A stretch of DNA of 32,609 nt from an uncultured Pseudomonadota bacterium. Lineage in GTDB: Bacteria > Pseudomonadota > Alphaproteobacteria > RF32 > CAG-239. Below are positions 7,773 to 16,658 of the stretch, one piece after another (positions within the stretch are counted from its first letter, which is position 1; each line of letters begins with the position of its first letter). The notes beneath the pieces are model-generated. The model had not been told where the DNA came from. It made no database searches and saw nothing but the letters and a program-made list of their open reading frames with translations. Where the stretch lies: the NCBI GenBank assembly GCA_902795745.1, contig CADBMG010000078.1:1-32609 (forward strand), given 5' to 3'. Position numbers and translations under genes: made by a program.

Positions 7773-8681
7773 TTACAGCTTGCAATGCTCGCAGCAATCT
7801 TTTTCTTCAATTTGAATATTGCAATGTGAAATGCCGAATTTTTCTTGCACCAATGAAGCAATTTGCGGAATAATCTGCAATTGGCAGGTTTCAACATGGC
7901 ATTCCAGTCCGATGTCGTTTTCGTTGATACACCATAAATGAACATGATGAATGCCTTTAACTCCGTTTATTTGCAAAATTGTTTGTTTGATATCTTCAAT
8001 ATTAATGTTGTCAGGAGCCGCATTCATCAAAATATTCACTATTTTCGGAAAAGAAATTATCGATTGACAAATCATGTAAGAAGCTATCAGCAAGGCTATG
8101 ATGCCGTCGACTCGATAAAAACCGAATTTGACAACGCAAAAGCCGGAAATAATGACGCCGATTGAACCGAAAGCATCTGCCAAATTATGCACAAAAACCA
8201 TTTTCATATTAGTATTATGGTGCGAATCGTGATGCGATATTTTAGCAGTAGCGGCATCAATCAATAAAGCTAAAATTGAAATAAAGATAATCAGCATTCC
8301 GTCAATCGGCTGCGGCGCAATCAGTCGTTCAATTCCTTCAATGAGCAGATATATACCGGAGATAAACAGCAGAATTAAATTAACGAATCCGCCGATAATT
8401 TCCGCACGTTTAAAGCCATAGGTATATTTGGCTGAGGCTTTTTTGTGTCCGATTTTGAAGGCTATAACCGCAATTAATATTGACAGGGCATCGGAAGTAT
8501 TGTGCAAGGCATCACCTATTAAGGCAACGCTTCCGGCCCAGATGCCACCGATAATTTCAACCACCGAGAGCATCATATTAACGACAAACGACAGTAGGAG
8601 TAAATTAACCGATTTTTCGCTTACTTCTCCGTGATGATGACAAATGTCGTGGTGTTTATGATTATGTGAATGTTCCGTCAT
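7773..8681 (-). CDS. Cation diffusion facilitator family metal efflux transporter (CzcD/ZitB-like).
   Basis: His-rich N-terminus (HSHNHKHHDICHHH), six hydrophobic segments, the DALHNTSD and HNLADAFGS motifs typical of CDF TM2/TM5, and a C-terminal cytoplasmic domain with Cys/His. Confidence 0.9.
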   Translation of the reverse strand: MTEHSHNHKHHDICHHHGEVSEKSVNLLLLSFVVNMMLSVVEIIGGIWAGSVALIGDALHNTSDALSILIAVIAFKIGHKKASAKYTYGFKRAEIIGGFVNLILLFISGIYLLIEGIERLIAPQPIDGMLIIFISILALLIDAATAKISHHDSHHNTNMKMVFVHNLADAFGSIGVIISGFCVVKFGFYRVDGIIALLIASYMICQSIISFPKIVNILMNAAPDNINIEDIKQTILQINGVKGIHHVHLWCINENDIGLECHVETCQLQIIPQIASLVQEKFGISHCNIQIEEKDCCEHCKL

Positions 8682-8767
8682 TTTTTGTTCCCTGCTTATA
8701 AATTTTGCAAACAGCGTATTATCAAAAATATAAAGTTAAGTTAAAAAACAACGGAACATTTGTTTTT

Positions 8768-9256
8768 TTAAGAAATAAAAGTATTGCCGTTAAGAGCTAC
8801 GACTGTCCAATTTAAGTAAGTGGCAAACAATAACCATGCCATGTATGGCAGTAACAGATAAGCGGCGGTATGGTTTACCTCGTAAAATTGTTCAATTAAA
8901 ATTGCGGTGGCAAAATCGAGTATAATCAGTACAACAAATCCGAGCATAAACCAACCTTGAGCGAAAAATACGTAGCACCATAAAATTTGTAAAAGCATGT
9001 TGCCCAAAAACAGCCACACTTGGTTGCGAATCGGAAGATTCTCTGCATTTAAGACCATATCAAATGCCAGTACGAGCAAAACATACAATACACTCCAAAC
9101 AATAGGAAAAACAATGTCAGGCGGAGTAAGGGCTGATTTTTGAATTTGCTCGTAGAAATTTTGCATGCCGATACGATTAAACCAGCTGCATAAAGCTGCA
9201 GTTATGACTACGGTTATCAGGCTGAAAAAGAAATTAAGATAAGCATTTTTGAACAT
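8768..9256 (-). CDS. tspO: TspO/MBR family tryptophan-rich sensory protein.
   Basis: PPDIVFPIVWSVLYVLL and LLLPYMAWLLFATYLNW motifs, five TM segments. The start is placed at the internal ATG (MFKNAY...) preceded by a GGAGAG SD. The ORF track extends to 9310. Confidence 0.85.
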   Translation of the reverse strand: MFKNAYLNFFFSLITVVITAALCSWFNRIGMQNFYEQIQKSALTPPDIVFPIVWSVLYVLLVLAFDMVLNAENLPIRNQVWLFLGNMLLQILWCYVFFAQGWFMLGFVVLIILDFATAILIEQFYEVNHTAAYLLLPYMAWLLFATYLNWTVVALNGNTFIS

Positions 9257-9393
9257 TTTTCTCTCCTCATTTTGTAAATTTTTTATTTTGATATATGCAA
9301 TGATGCGCAAAAATCAACATTTCTTGTAAAAAATATTGCATTTTGTCAAAAAATGTGTATGATAAAGGAAATTATGGGATTTTAAGGAGCTTG

Positions 9394-11295
9394 ATGATGG
9401 CAATGAAAGATGGTTCGTATTTTACGCTTATCGGTGGTGTCAATAAAGAACGGATTGGTGCAAACAGCCTGTTGTTGACGGATGTTGTTGATGACAAAAC
9501 TACAAGAATAATGGTCGATTTAGGCTCATTGTTTCCTACCGATGAACAAAAAAATAAGGCTTTGGAATATAATATGAACCTGAGTGCTTTATTGCCGGAT
9601 GTGCGCAAATATTTCGATTACAGTGACAATAAGGGTGAACATAAAGCAAGCGAACCGATTGATGCATTGTTGATAACGCATTTTCATGAAGACCATATTG
9701 GAGCATTATCGCATTTAGCGCTGGCAGGTTTTAAACTGCCAAAAGTTTATGCCAGTTATGATACTGTTGAAACGATAAAGGCGTTGTTGCGCAAAAGTAT
9801 GAAGATTCCGTATAAAAATTGGCCGGAATTTAAAGTAATAAAACCTTATAAAAAGTTTAAAATAGGCTCAATGGGTATTGCCGGTTATTGTGTTTCGCAT
9901 CCGACACCGGGAGCAATGGGCTTCAAATTCAAGATGAAAGATGCCGTGTTTGAAGATATGGGGGATAATCGTTTGGCAGCATCGCAATTCAGTGAGCCGC
10001 TGGATTTTAAGAAATATCAAAAATTGTCAAAAGAGTTTCCTACGACTCATCTTTATGTTGATTCAACCTCCATTGCCGTTGATGACAGTCATATGTTTGG
10101 TAAAAATATGACTTTGAAAGAGGTTGAAAAATTGTCTCAGCAAAGTATTGATGAATGTGTCAACGAGGTGCTTGATATTTTGCGTAATCGTCCGGGTAAA
10201 AGATTTTATGTTCCGCTGATTTCGCGCAGTATGGAAAATATGTATGTGTATTTGAAAGCAGCGCAGATTTTTGCCAAAGAACAAGAGGCTGTAGGCAATA
10301 AATTTAAGGCATTTCTTGACGGTTTTCAGATGCAGATTGTTTATACCAGCTTGCAGAACAGACATTCGGATTTTGATGATATTATTTTCAATAGTCAGGA
10401 TATTGAAAATGCTGATGCGAAGGTGTTTAATAAAGAGTATCCTTCAGGCATGGTTTTCATTAGCGGGGCATTTGGTGAAAAGTCGGAATATCAGATGTCA
10501 GGCTTAGCGCGTTTGGCACGCGGAATGCATACGAGGTTTAAGTTTGATGATAATTCAGTGCTTCTTCAAGGCCAGAGACTGATTGATGGGTTACATCCGG
10601 AAGAAGTGCGAAAAGATTTGCAACTTGCTGCCTCGCAAGGAGTTGAAGTTATTGCCAATGATTTTGGTTTGGATCCGGGAAATTTTGAGCGTCGCCATAT
10701 TCAACTTTCCGGACATAACGGCGAAAACGGGACGAGGTTTATGCTGAAATTTATTAAAGACAGCCGTCCGAATAAAGATGAGCCGATGGTGGTGTTCTTC
10801 GGTCATGCCAGTGAAGGACAGGCAAGAGAGGCCGCCGAAATTTTAGATGATATAGTTGATAAAAGTCATCCTCTTTCCAACGGTCAGATCTATAAATTGT
10901 CTAAGAAAAAAGTTAAACTATTGGAAAATGTTAATGAAGATGAAATGAAAATGGTTGCGGTGGATTATAATCCGTACGCCGGAGTGAGCGTTTATAAGTT
11001 GGTAGACTGTGATTTAAATGAATTAGCAACTCTTAAAACAGTGGCACTTGAATCTATGAATGGGAAGGTTGAATATATCAGCAATCCGGACCAAATTATC
11101 GCCAAAGAAGAAAAACATATTTCTAATCGCAATAAAGCTTACGCAGAAAAGCATAAGTCCAAGCTAAAACCAAAATCTGATGAAGCACGTTTGGCAATTA
11201 ATGCCAGAAAAGCAGAACGCGAGGCAAATCGCAAAGCAAGGACAGCACAGAGGCGAGCACAGCGCAGTATAAAAAACGGCGGATACGGTAAATAA
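9394..11295 (+). CDS. RNase J-like metallo-beta-lactamase/beta-CASP ribonuclease with a Lys/Arg-rich C-terminal tail.
   Basis: ITHFHEDHIGAL (HxHxDH motif), the overall size, and a later GHASEGQ region. The start is set at the ATG at 9394 after an AAGGAG SD; the track ORF opens at a TTG at 9343. The last 60 aa or so are highly basic. Confidence 0.65.
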   Translation: MMAMKDGSYFTLIGGVNKERIGANSLLLTDVVDDKTTRIMVDLGSLFPTDEQKNKALEYNMNLSALLPDVRKYFDYSDNKGEHKASEPIDALLITHFHEDHIGALSHLALAGFKLPKVYASYDTVETIKALLRKSMKIPYKNWPEFKVIKPYKKFKIGSMGIAGYCVSHPTPGAMGFKFKMKDAVFEDMGDNRLAASQFSEPLDFKKYQKLSKEFPTTHLYVDSTSIAVDDSHMFGKNMTLKEVEKLSQQSIDECVNEVLDILRNRPGKRFYVPLISRSMENMYVYLKAAQIFAKEQEAVGNKFKAFLDGFQMQIVYTSLQNRHSDFDDIIFNSQDIENADAKVFNKEYPSGMVFISGAFGEKSEYQMSGLARLARGMHTRFKFDDNSVLLQGQRLIDGLHPEEVRKDLQLAASQGVEVIANDFGLDPGNFERRHIQLSGHNGENGTRFMLKFIKDSRPNKDEPMVVFFGHASEGQAREAAEILDDIVDKSHPLSNGQIYKLSKKKVKLLENVNEDEMKMVAVDYNPYAGVSVYKLVDCDLNELATLKTVALESMNGKVEYISNPDQIIAKEEKHISNRNKAYAEKHKSKLKPKSDEARLAINARKAEREANRKARTAQRRAQRSIKNGGYGK

Positions 11296-11366
11296 GTTAA
11301 TTTTATTAAAAATGCTCTTGTAATTTGCTCCTAAATGATATATTCCTTGTTGCAGGGAGAAAAAGG

Positions 11367-12167
11367 TTGCGAATTAATAAAAATAATATCAAAATTTATG
11401 ACAATCCGGCTGACTTTGAAGGGATGCGCCGAGCAGGTAGAGTGGCTGCTGAATGTTTGGATTTTATTACCGATTATGTGCAGGTAGGCGTAACAACCGG
11501 TGAACTTGATGATTTATGCCTGAAATTTATGGAAGAACACGGAGCGGTTTCTGCTTGTTTGGGGTATCACGGATATCCGAAAGCAACTTGTATTTCAATT
11601 AACCAAGTGATTTGTCACGGTATTCCTGATTATGAACGTAAGTTGGCGGACGGCGATATTTTAAACATTGACGTAACGACTATTGTTGACGGTTATTACG
11701 GTGACACGAGCCGGATGTATTTTGCGGGAAAGCCGAAAATTAAAGGTAAGCGTTTGTGCGAAGTAACGTATGAATGTTTAATGCGCGGAATTGATGTGGT
11801 AAAACCAGGGGCACATTTTGGTGACATCGGTGCTGTAATTGAAGAATATGCTCACAAGTACGGTTACTCGGTGGTTGATATGTTTTGCGGTCATGGTTTA
11901 GGTAAAGTCTTTCACGATGAACCTAATGTGATGCACTGCGGCAAAAAAGGTACGGGACCGATTATGGAAGAAGGAATGTTTTTTACCATAGAGCCGATGA
12001 TTAATTTAGGTAAAAAAGACGGTGTGATTCTCTCTAACGGATGGACTGCCGTGACCTGTGACCATGCATGGTCGGCACAATTTGAACATTCAATGGGGGT
12101 GACCAAAGACGGTGTTGAGGTATTCACTTATTCGCCGAAAGGTCTTGATAAAACACCATATAAATAA
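11367..12167 (+). CDS. map: Type I methionine aminopeptidase.
   Basis: MRRAGRVAAECL, ICHGIPD, LNIDVT..DGYYGD, FCGHGLG, FTIEP and the FEHS metal-ligand motifs. The start is uncertain. A TTG at 11367 follows a GGGAGA SD, while the track ORF opens at 11325. Confidence 0.9.
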   Translation: MRINKNNIKIYDNPADFEGMRRAGRVAAECLDFITDYVQVGVTTGELDDLCLKFMEEHGAVSACLGYHGYPKATCISINQVICHGIPDYERKLADGDILNIDVTTIVDGYYGDTSRMYFAGKPKIKGKRLCEVTYECLMRGIDVVKPGAHFGDIGAVIEEYAHKYGYSVVDMFCGHGLGKVFHDEPNVMHCGKKGTGPIMEEGMFFTIEPMINLGKKDGVILSNGWTAVTCDHAWSAQFEHSMGVTKDGVEVFTYSPKGLDKTPYK

Positions 12168-12178
12168 AAGGACTATAC

Positions 12179-12949
12179 ATGACAACAGCACAAAATGAAG
12201 AACCCTCATATTTTGGTCATAGGGCCAGATTGCGTGAGCGGTTTTTGTTTGATGACGGCGCGAGTATGCCGGATTATGAGGTTTTGGAATTGTTGTTGAT
12301 GTATGCTATTCCGCGTCGCGATGTTAAACCTTTGGCTAAAAAGTTGATTAAAGAGTTTGGGGATTTGAACGGAGTGTTGCACGCTTCGACGCAATTGTTG
12401 CGTGAAAAATGTCAAATCAGTGATAACATTATTACTTTGCTGCGACTGGTTGATGTGATGATTTTGCGTTCAACCAGTGCCGCTTTTGCCGATAATCATC
12501 GTCATATTTTTACGGCATGGGTAGATTTTGAAAATTATTGCCGCGCTCAGTTCGGTCACAAGAATGTTGAGGAAATGTGGTGCTTTTACTTTAACAGCCA
12601 ACGCGAATATTTGGGCGAAAAGCATTTGAGTACCGGTTCGGTTAAGAGTTCTTCCGTACCGATTCCGGCAATGATGAAGGAAGCAATTGATAAAAAAGCA
12701 CAAATGCTCGTTTTGGCTCATAATCATCCATCAGGAATTTGTCGACCATCGCCGGAGGATATTTTGATTACCGAAAAAGTGATGCAGGCTGCCGAGGTTA
12801 TGGATTTGGAAGTTTTTGATCACATAATTGTTACTACTTATGATACGTTCAGTTTCAGAGCAAATGGTTATATAAACAACGGAAAAATATCCTATGAGGA
12901 GTGTACTTCGGTGAATTTTACCTCCAAAAGTGCAATAAAAGCAAAGTAG
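12179..12949 (+). CDS. radC: RadC-family (JAB/MPN domain) protein.
   Basis: N-terminal GHRARLRERF, an HhH-like region, and the LAHNHPSG..PSPEDI JAMM motif. Confidence 0.85.
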   Translation: MTTAQNEEPSYFGHRARLRERFLFDDGASMPDYEVLELLLMYAIPRRDVKPLAKKLIKEFGDLNGVLHASTQLLREKCQISDNIITLLRLVDVMILRSTSAAFADNHRHIFTAWVDFENYCRAQFGHKNVEEMWCFYFNSQREYLGEKHLSTGSVKSSSVPIPAMMKEAIDKKAQMLVLAHNHPSGICRPSPEDILITEKVMQAAEVMDLEVFDHIIVTTYDTFSFRANGYINNGKISYEECTSVNFTSKSAIKAK

Positions 12950-12974
12950 CTGTTAATAAACACGATATTTTGTT

Positions 12975-13003
12975 TTGACATTTGCAAAATTTGCCTTGAT
13001 TAT
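12975..13003 (+). promoter_or_regulatory. Candidate promoter for the HU gene.
   Basis: TTGACA (12975-12980), 17-nt spacer, GATTAT (12998-13003). The spacer contains the palindrome TTTGCAAA. Confidence 0.35.
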
Positions 13004-13053
13004 ATAGGGGAAAGGTGCAGAACCTTAATTTAATCAATAGAAAGGAATAAATT

Positions 13054-13326
13054 ATGAATAAGACTGAATTCATTGATGCCGTTGCTAAAGAAGCAGATGC
13101 ATCGAAAGTTGCTACAACGCAAGTTGTTAATGCTGCTATTGCTGTTATTATGAAAGCTTTGAAAAAAGGTAATGCTGTGCAAATTACCGGTTTTGGTACA
13201 TTTGATGTAGCTAAGCGTGCTGCTCGTACAGGTCGCAACCCGGCTACCGGCAAAGAAATCAAAATTCCTGCTTCTAAGGCTCCTCGCTTTAAAGCCGGCA
13301 AAGTATTGAAGGATTCTTTAAAGTAA
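13054..13326 (+). CDS. hup: HU-family nucleoid-associated DNA-binding protein.
   Basis: MNKTEFIDAVA...GFGTFDVAKRAARTGRNPATGKEIKIPASKAPRFKAGK is the canonical HU/IHF fold signature. Length 90 aa. Confidence 0.95.
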   Translation: MNKTEFIDAVAKEADASKVATTQVVNAAIAVIMKALKKGNAVQITGFGTFDVAKRAARTGRNPATGKEIKIPASKAPRFKAGKVLKDSLK

Positions 13327-13347
13327 TTTTTACCGACAAAGTAAAAG

Positions 13348-13384
13348 AAAAATCTCTGTTACTATGTTAACAGAGATTTTTTTT
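13348..13384 (+). terminator. Rho-independent terminator after the HU gene.
   Basis: AATCTCTGTTA (13351-13361) / TAACAGAGATT (13368-13378), a perfect 11-bp stem extended by A/T pairs, followed by a T-run. Confidence 0.75.
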
Positions 13385-13437
13385 ACTCTCTGTTTGCGAA
13401 TCGAAAAAATGGTTGTTTACATTAATATCAATGCGTC

Positions 13438-13466
13438 TTGACGAGATGTTAAAATACCGCTAAACT
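13438..13466 (+). promoter_or_regulatory. Candidate promoter for the 13508 gene.
   Basis: TTGACG (13438-13443), 17-nt spacer, TAAACT (13461-13466). Confidence 0.35.
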
Positions 13467-13507
13467 ACCGAGTAATGAAAATTTTATAACGGAATAAGGA
13501 TTAAGTA

Positions 13508-14878
13508 ATGCAAGTATTTGCTTTTTTTCTGGCATTTTTTTCTTCGGTAAGTTGGCTTATTTACGCATTGTTGTTTGCGCGTTCAAAATTAGCGGCGGAA
13601 GGTTTGTGGGAACAAAGTCCCGAGATGATGCTGATATTGTTGACGGTAGTGTTTTTGCCGCTGTTGGTGGTATGGATGATATTCGGGTTTGTAAATCAAT
13701 ACATCAATAACCGGATGATTAATCGCAAGCAAAGCGAACTCTTAACACAACTGCAAAAAAATCAGGATTATACCGATTTGGTAGTAAGAGTGATGCTTGA
13801 TGCCGAGCATGAAATTAAAGATGGTTTCGTTATAAATAAGTTTGAAGTATTAATCAGCGATATGAATGAGGCATTGAGCGAAATTATTCAAAGATGCAAT
13901 ATTGCCTCTTCGGCACAGTTGGAGCAATTGTGGCAACGAGTGGGACGGGGCGAACGTTGGACACTGGGTAAAGCCGTATTGGAGGCGAGCAAAAGTCGTA
14001 GTACTTTTGATGCTTGGGTACATGAAAAAGTCGGAAGAGATAAAGTGTTCAGAGGGGCTCTTTTAGAGTTTTGTTCTCGCTATCAAAACTTATTGCAATT
14101 ATTGGAAAAGCACGATCGAGATCGTATTTTTATCAGGATGATAGAAATGGGAGTGTTCGGTAAGGTGTATTCGATTATTGCTCCGCTTGCTTCCGGAACA
14201 GACGGATTGTCGGCAGATAAACAGGACAATTTGCATACATCATCAGATTGGAGCGACAAAAATGACTATGCTTCGGTTTTGAAATTAGCTACGATGGAAG
14301 AGCCGAATGCACAAAATTCCATTATGAATGTTGATAAAAATGATGAAGAAAACAATGATGATGACGAAGAACTTGTTGAAGAAAAGTCCTCTATATTTTC
14401 TCGTTTTAAGCTATTCAGACGCAAAGAAGATGAGGAGCAAAAAACTTCAATTATCGATCAAGATCCTTTCTTTCAAGCATTGCATAACAGTTTTCAAAGC
14501 GAATCGGATACAAAAGAGCCTAGTTTCTCTGCGACAGCCGATTTTGAACATGATGATGAGCCTCGTTTAAGCAGTGTAAGTTCTCATACAGAAGAAACTG
14601 TCGCAAACACTTTGACGGCGACGAGAGATTCCGGATTTGATGATGTTTCCGCTTCCACGGCGGATATGCAAAAGGAACCGACCTTGCAAAGCGGAGCCGG
14701 AGATTTTGCTGCACGGTTGGCTGCGGTTAGGCAGGAAGCTATACAGTCCGCCGGAGTTGCAACTGCTCAAAGTGCGGAAAAGCAAACCGTGCCGGAACCG
14801 GTAAGTGCAGATAAGGACGATGAAGATTTGGTATATCCATTTGGCGGTTGGACCGATGAAAATAATTACGGTCAATAA
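13508..14878 (+). CDS. Hypothetical membrane-anchored protein with a central helical domain and a long acidic, Ser/Asp/Glu-rich C-terminal region.
   Basis: There are two N-terminal hydrophobic helices, followed by a conserved-looking globular part (LWQRVGRGERWTLGKAVL...). From about aa 230 the sequence is low-complexity and acidic (NDEENNDDDEELVEE). An AAGGA SD lies upstream. Confidence 0.6.
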   Translation: MQVFAFFLAFFSSVSWLIYALLFARSKLAAEGLWEQSPEMMLILLTVVFLPLLVVWMIFGFVNQYINNRMINRKQSELLTQLQKNQDYTDLVVRVMLDAEHEIKDGFVINKFEVLISDMNEALSEIIQRCNIASSAQLEQLWQRVGRGERWTLGKAVLEASKSRSTFDAWVHEKVGRDKVFRGALLEFCSRYQNLLQLLEKHDRDRIFIRMIEMGVFGKVYSIIAPLASGTDGLSADKQDNLHTSSDWSDKNDYASVLKLATMEEPNAQNSIMNVDKNDEENNDDDEELVEEKSSIFSRFKLFRRKEDEEQKTSIIDQDPFFQALHNSFQSESDTKEPSFSATADFEHDDEPRLSSVSSHTEETVANTLTATRDSGFDDVSASTADMQKEPTLQSGAGDFAARLAAVRQEAIQSAGVATAQSAEKQTVPEPVSADKDDEDLVYPFGGWTDENNYGQ

Positions 14879-16658
14879 AATAGTTTTTTGCTTTATTTTA
14901 ACTCTTTGCAGTGCGGCACAGGCAAAAATCAGTGACAGAATAGCACTTTACGGGCAATCAAAATATCCATCGGGTTTTTCGGCATTTGAATATGTTAATC
15001 CTACCGCGCCGCAAGGTGGTAAGATGGTTTTGCCGGCATATGGTACGTTTGATAATTTTAATCCGTATATATTTAAAGGTGTGGCGGCAATTTTTGTACC
15101 GCTCTTAACAATGGAAACGCTGGGAATATCTCCGGTTGACGATCCGTTTACGGTTTATCCTTTGCTGGCGGAAAAGTTCGATTTGCCGGAAGATAAATCT
15201 TATGTCGGGTTTATTTTGAATAAAGAGGCAAAATTTGCAGATGGAACACCTGTTTTGGCCGATGATGTTATTTTCAGCTTTAATGCGATTATGGAAAAGG
15301 GTTCTCCGGTTTATAAAATGTATTATGCCGATGTGGCCAGAGCAGAAAAAATAAATGATCATGAAGTGCGTTTTTATTTCAAAGAAGGCGTCGAAAATAA
15401 AGAGTTGCCGATGATTTTGGCTCAATTCTATATTTTTTCTGCAAAAGATTGGCAAGGTCGTGAGTTTGATAAGCCCACTTTGCAAGTGCCACTTGGCAGC
15501 GGACCGTATGTAGTTGATGATTTTCAGGTTAATAAATATATCTCATTTAAAAAGAATCCTCAATATTGGGGAAAAGATTTGTCGGTGCAACGCGGCTTTT
15601 ATAACTTTGAGCAAATACGCTATGATTATTATCAAGACACTACGGTTACACTACAAGCACTTTTTGCCGGTAATATTGATGTGCGTGAAGAGTATATTGC
15701 TAAGATTTGGATGACCGGTTATGACAATGATTTGATAAAAACCGGTAAAGTGGTGAAAAAAACTATTGAACATCATAATCCGGCGATTTTGCAAAATTTT
15801 GCTTTCAATGTGCGGCGTGATAAATTTAAGGACAGAAGAGTGCGCAAGGCAATAGATTTGGCTTTTAACTTTGAGTGGGCAAACGAAAAACTTTTTTATA
15901 ATCAATATCAGCGTCTTTACAGCTATTTTACTAATACAGGAATGGAAGCAACGGGCTTGCCGGAGGGAAGAGAATTGGAGATTTTGCAACGCTACAAAGA
16001 GCAATTGCCTTCGGAAGTGTTCAGCGAACCATATCAATTGACGGTGAATAAAGAGATAAATAATCCGCGCGAAAACTTAAAAAAAGCAGTGGTTCTTCTT
16101 AAAGAAGCAGGTTATGATTTTGTCGGCGATAAAATGACTAATATGCAAACAGGTGAGCCGTTAGAAATTGAGATTTTAAGCAATTCGGCAAATGGTGCAA
16201 CCTTCACCAAAGTGATGTTGCCGTTCATCGAAAATTTGCGTAAAATCGGTATAAAAGCAGTATTCCGCAATTTGGAGGTCAATATTTTTAAAAATCGTTT
16301 GGATACGTTTGATTTTGATATGGCAATTGTGTCGTATCGTGTATCGCAATTACCGGGCAATGAGCAAAGAGAATATTGGGGGAGCGAATCGGCGGATATG
16401 CAAGGAAGTAACAATGTAATTGGGATAAAAAATCCGGTTGTCGATGCGCTGATAAAAGGCTTGGTTGCTGCTCAGGAAAAAACGGATTTTGTAGCGTACG
16501 TGAAGGCACTTGACAGAGTATTGTTGCACGAAAATTATATGATTTTTCAATGGTTTTCACCGGTAGAGAGAGTGGCATATTGGGATAAGTTTGAGCAGCC
16601 TCAAACGAAAATAAAAACCGGTTTTCAGCCGTTTACGTGGTGGGCAAAGGAGAGATAA
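14856..16658 (+). CDS. yejA: ABC transporter periplasmic substrate-binding protein, family 5 (YejA/oligopeptide-like).
   Basis: The start is placed at the ATG giving the signal peptide MKIITVNKIVFCFILTLCSAAQA. The roughly 600-aa SBP_bac_5-type sequence (ADGTPVLADDVIFSF, WGKDLSVQRGFYNF) resembles YejA. It overlaps the upstream gene by 23 nt. Confidence 0.85.
   Translation: MKIITVNKIVFCFILTLCSAAQAKISDRIALYGQSKYPSGFSAFEYVNPTAPQGGKMVLPAYGTFDNFNPYIFKGVAAIFVPLLTMETLGISPVDDPFTVYPLLAEKFDLPEDKSYVGFILNKEAKFADGTPVLADDVIFSFNAIMEKGSPVYKMYYADVARAEKINDHEVRFYFKEGVENKELPMILAQFYIFSAKDWQGREFDKPTLQVPLGSGPYVVDDFQVNKYISFKKNPQYWGKDLSVQRGFYNFEQIRYDYYQDTTVTLQALFAGNIDVREEYIAKIWMTGYDNDLIKTGKVVKKTIEHHNPAILQNFAFNVRRDKFKDRRVRKAIDLAFNFEWANEKLFYNQYQRLYSYFTNTGMEATGLPEGRELEILQRYKEQLPSEVFSEPYQLTVNKEINNPRENLKKAVVLLKEAGYDFVGDKMTNMQTGEPLEIEILSNSANGATFTKVMLPFIENLRKIGIKAVFRNLEVNIFKNRLDTFDFDMAIVSYRVSQLPGNEQREYWGSESADMQGSNNVIGIKNPVVDALIKGLVAAQEKTDFVAYVKALDRVLLHENYMIFQWFSPVERVAYWDKFEQPQTKIKTGFQPFTWWAKER

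Noticed and set aside
12918-13301. 127-aa minus-strand ORF covering the HU gene.
   Set aside because: The HU reading frame is unambiguous, and the antisense frame has no start context or known motifs.
13448-13465. CtrA-box-like TTAA-N7-CTAA in the spacer of the candidate promoter for the 13508 gene.
   Set aside because: The second half-site does not match the TTAA-N7-TTAAC consensus. In DNA this AT-rich, such near-matches are expected by chance.
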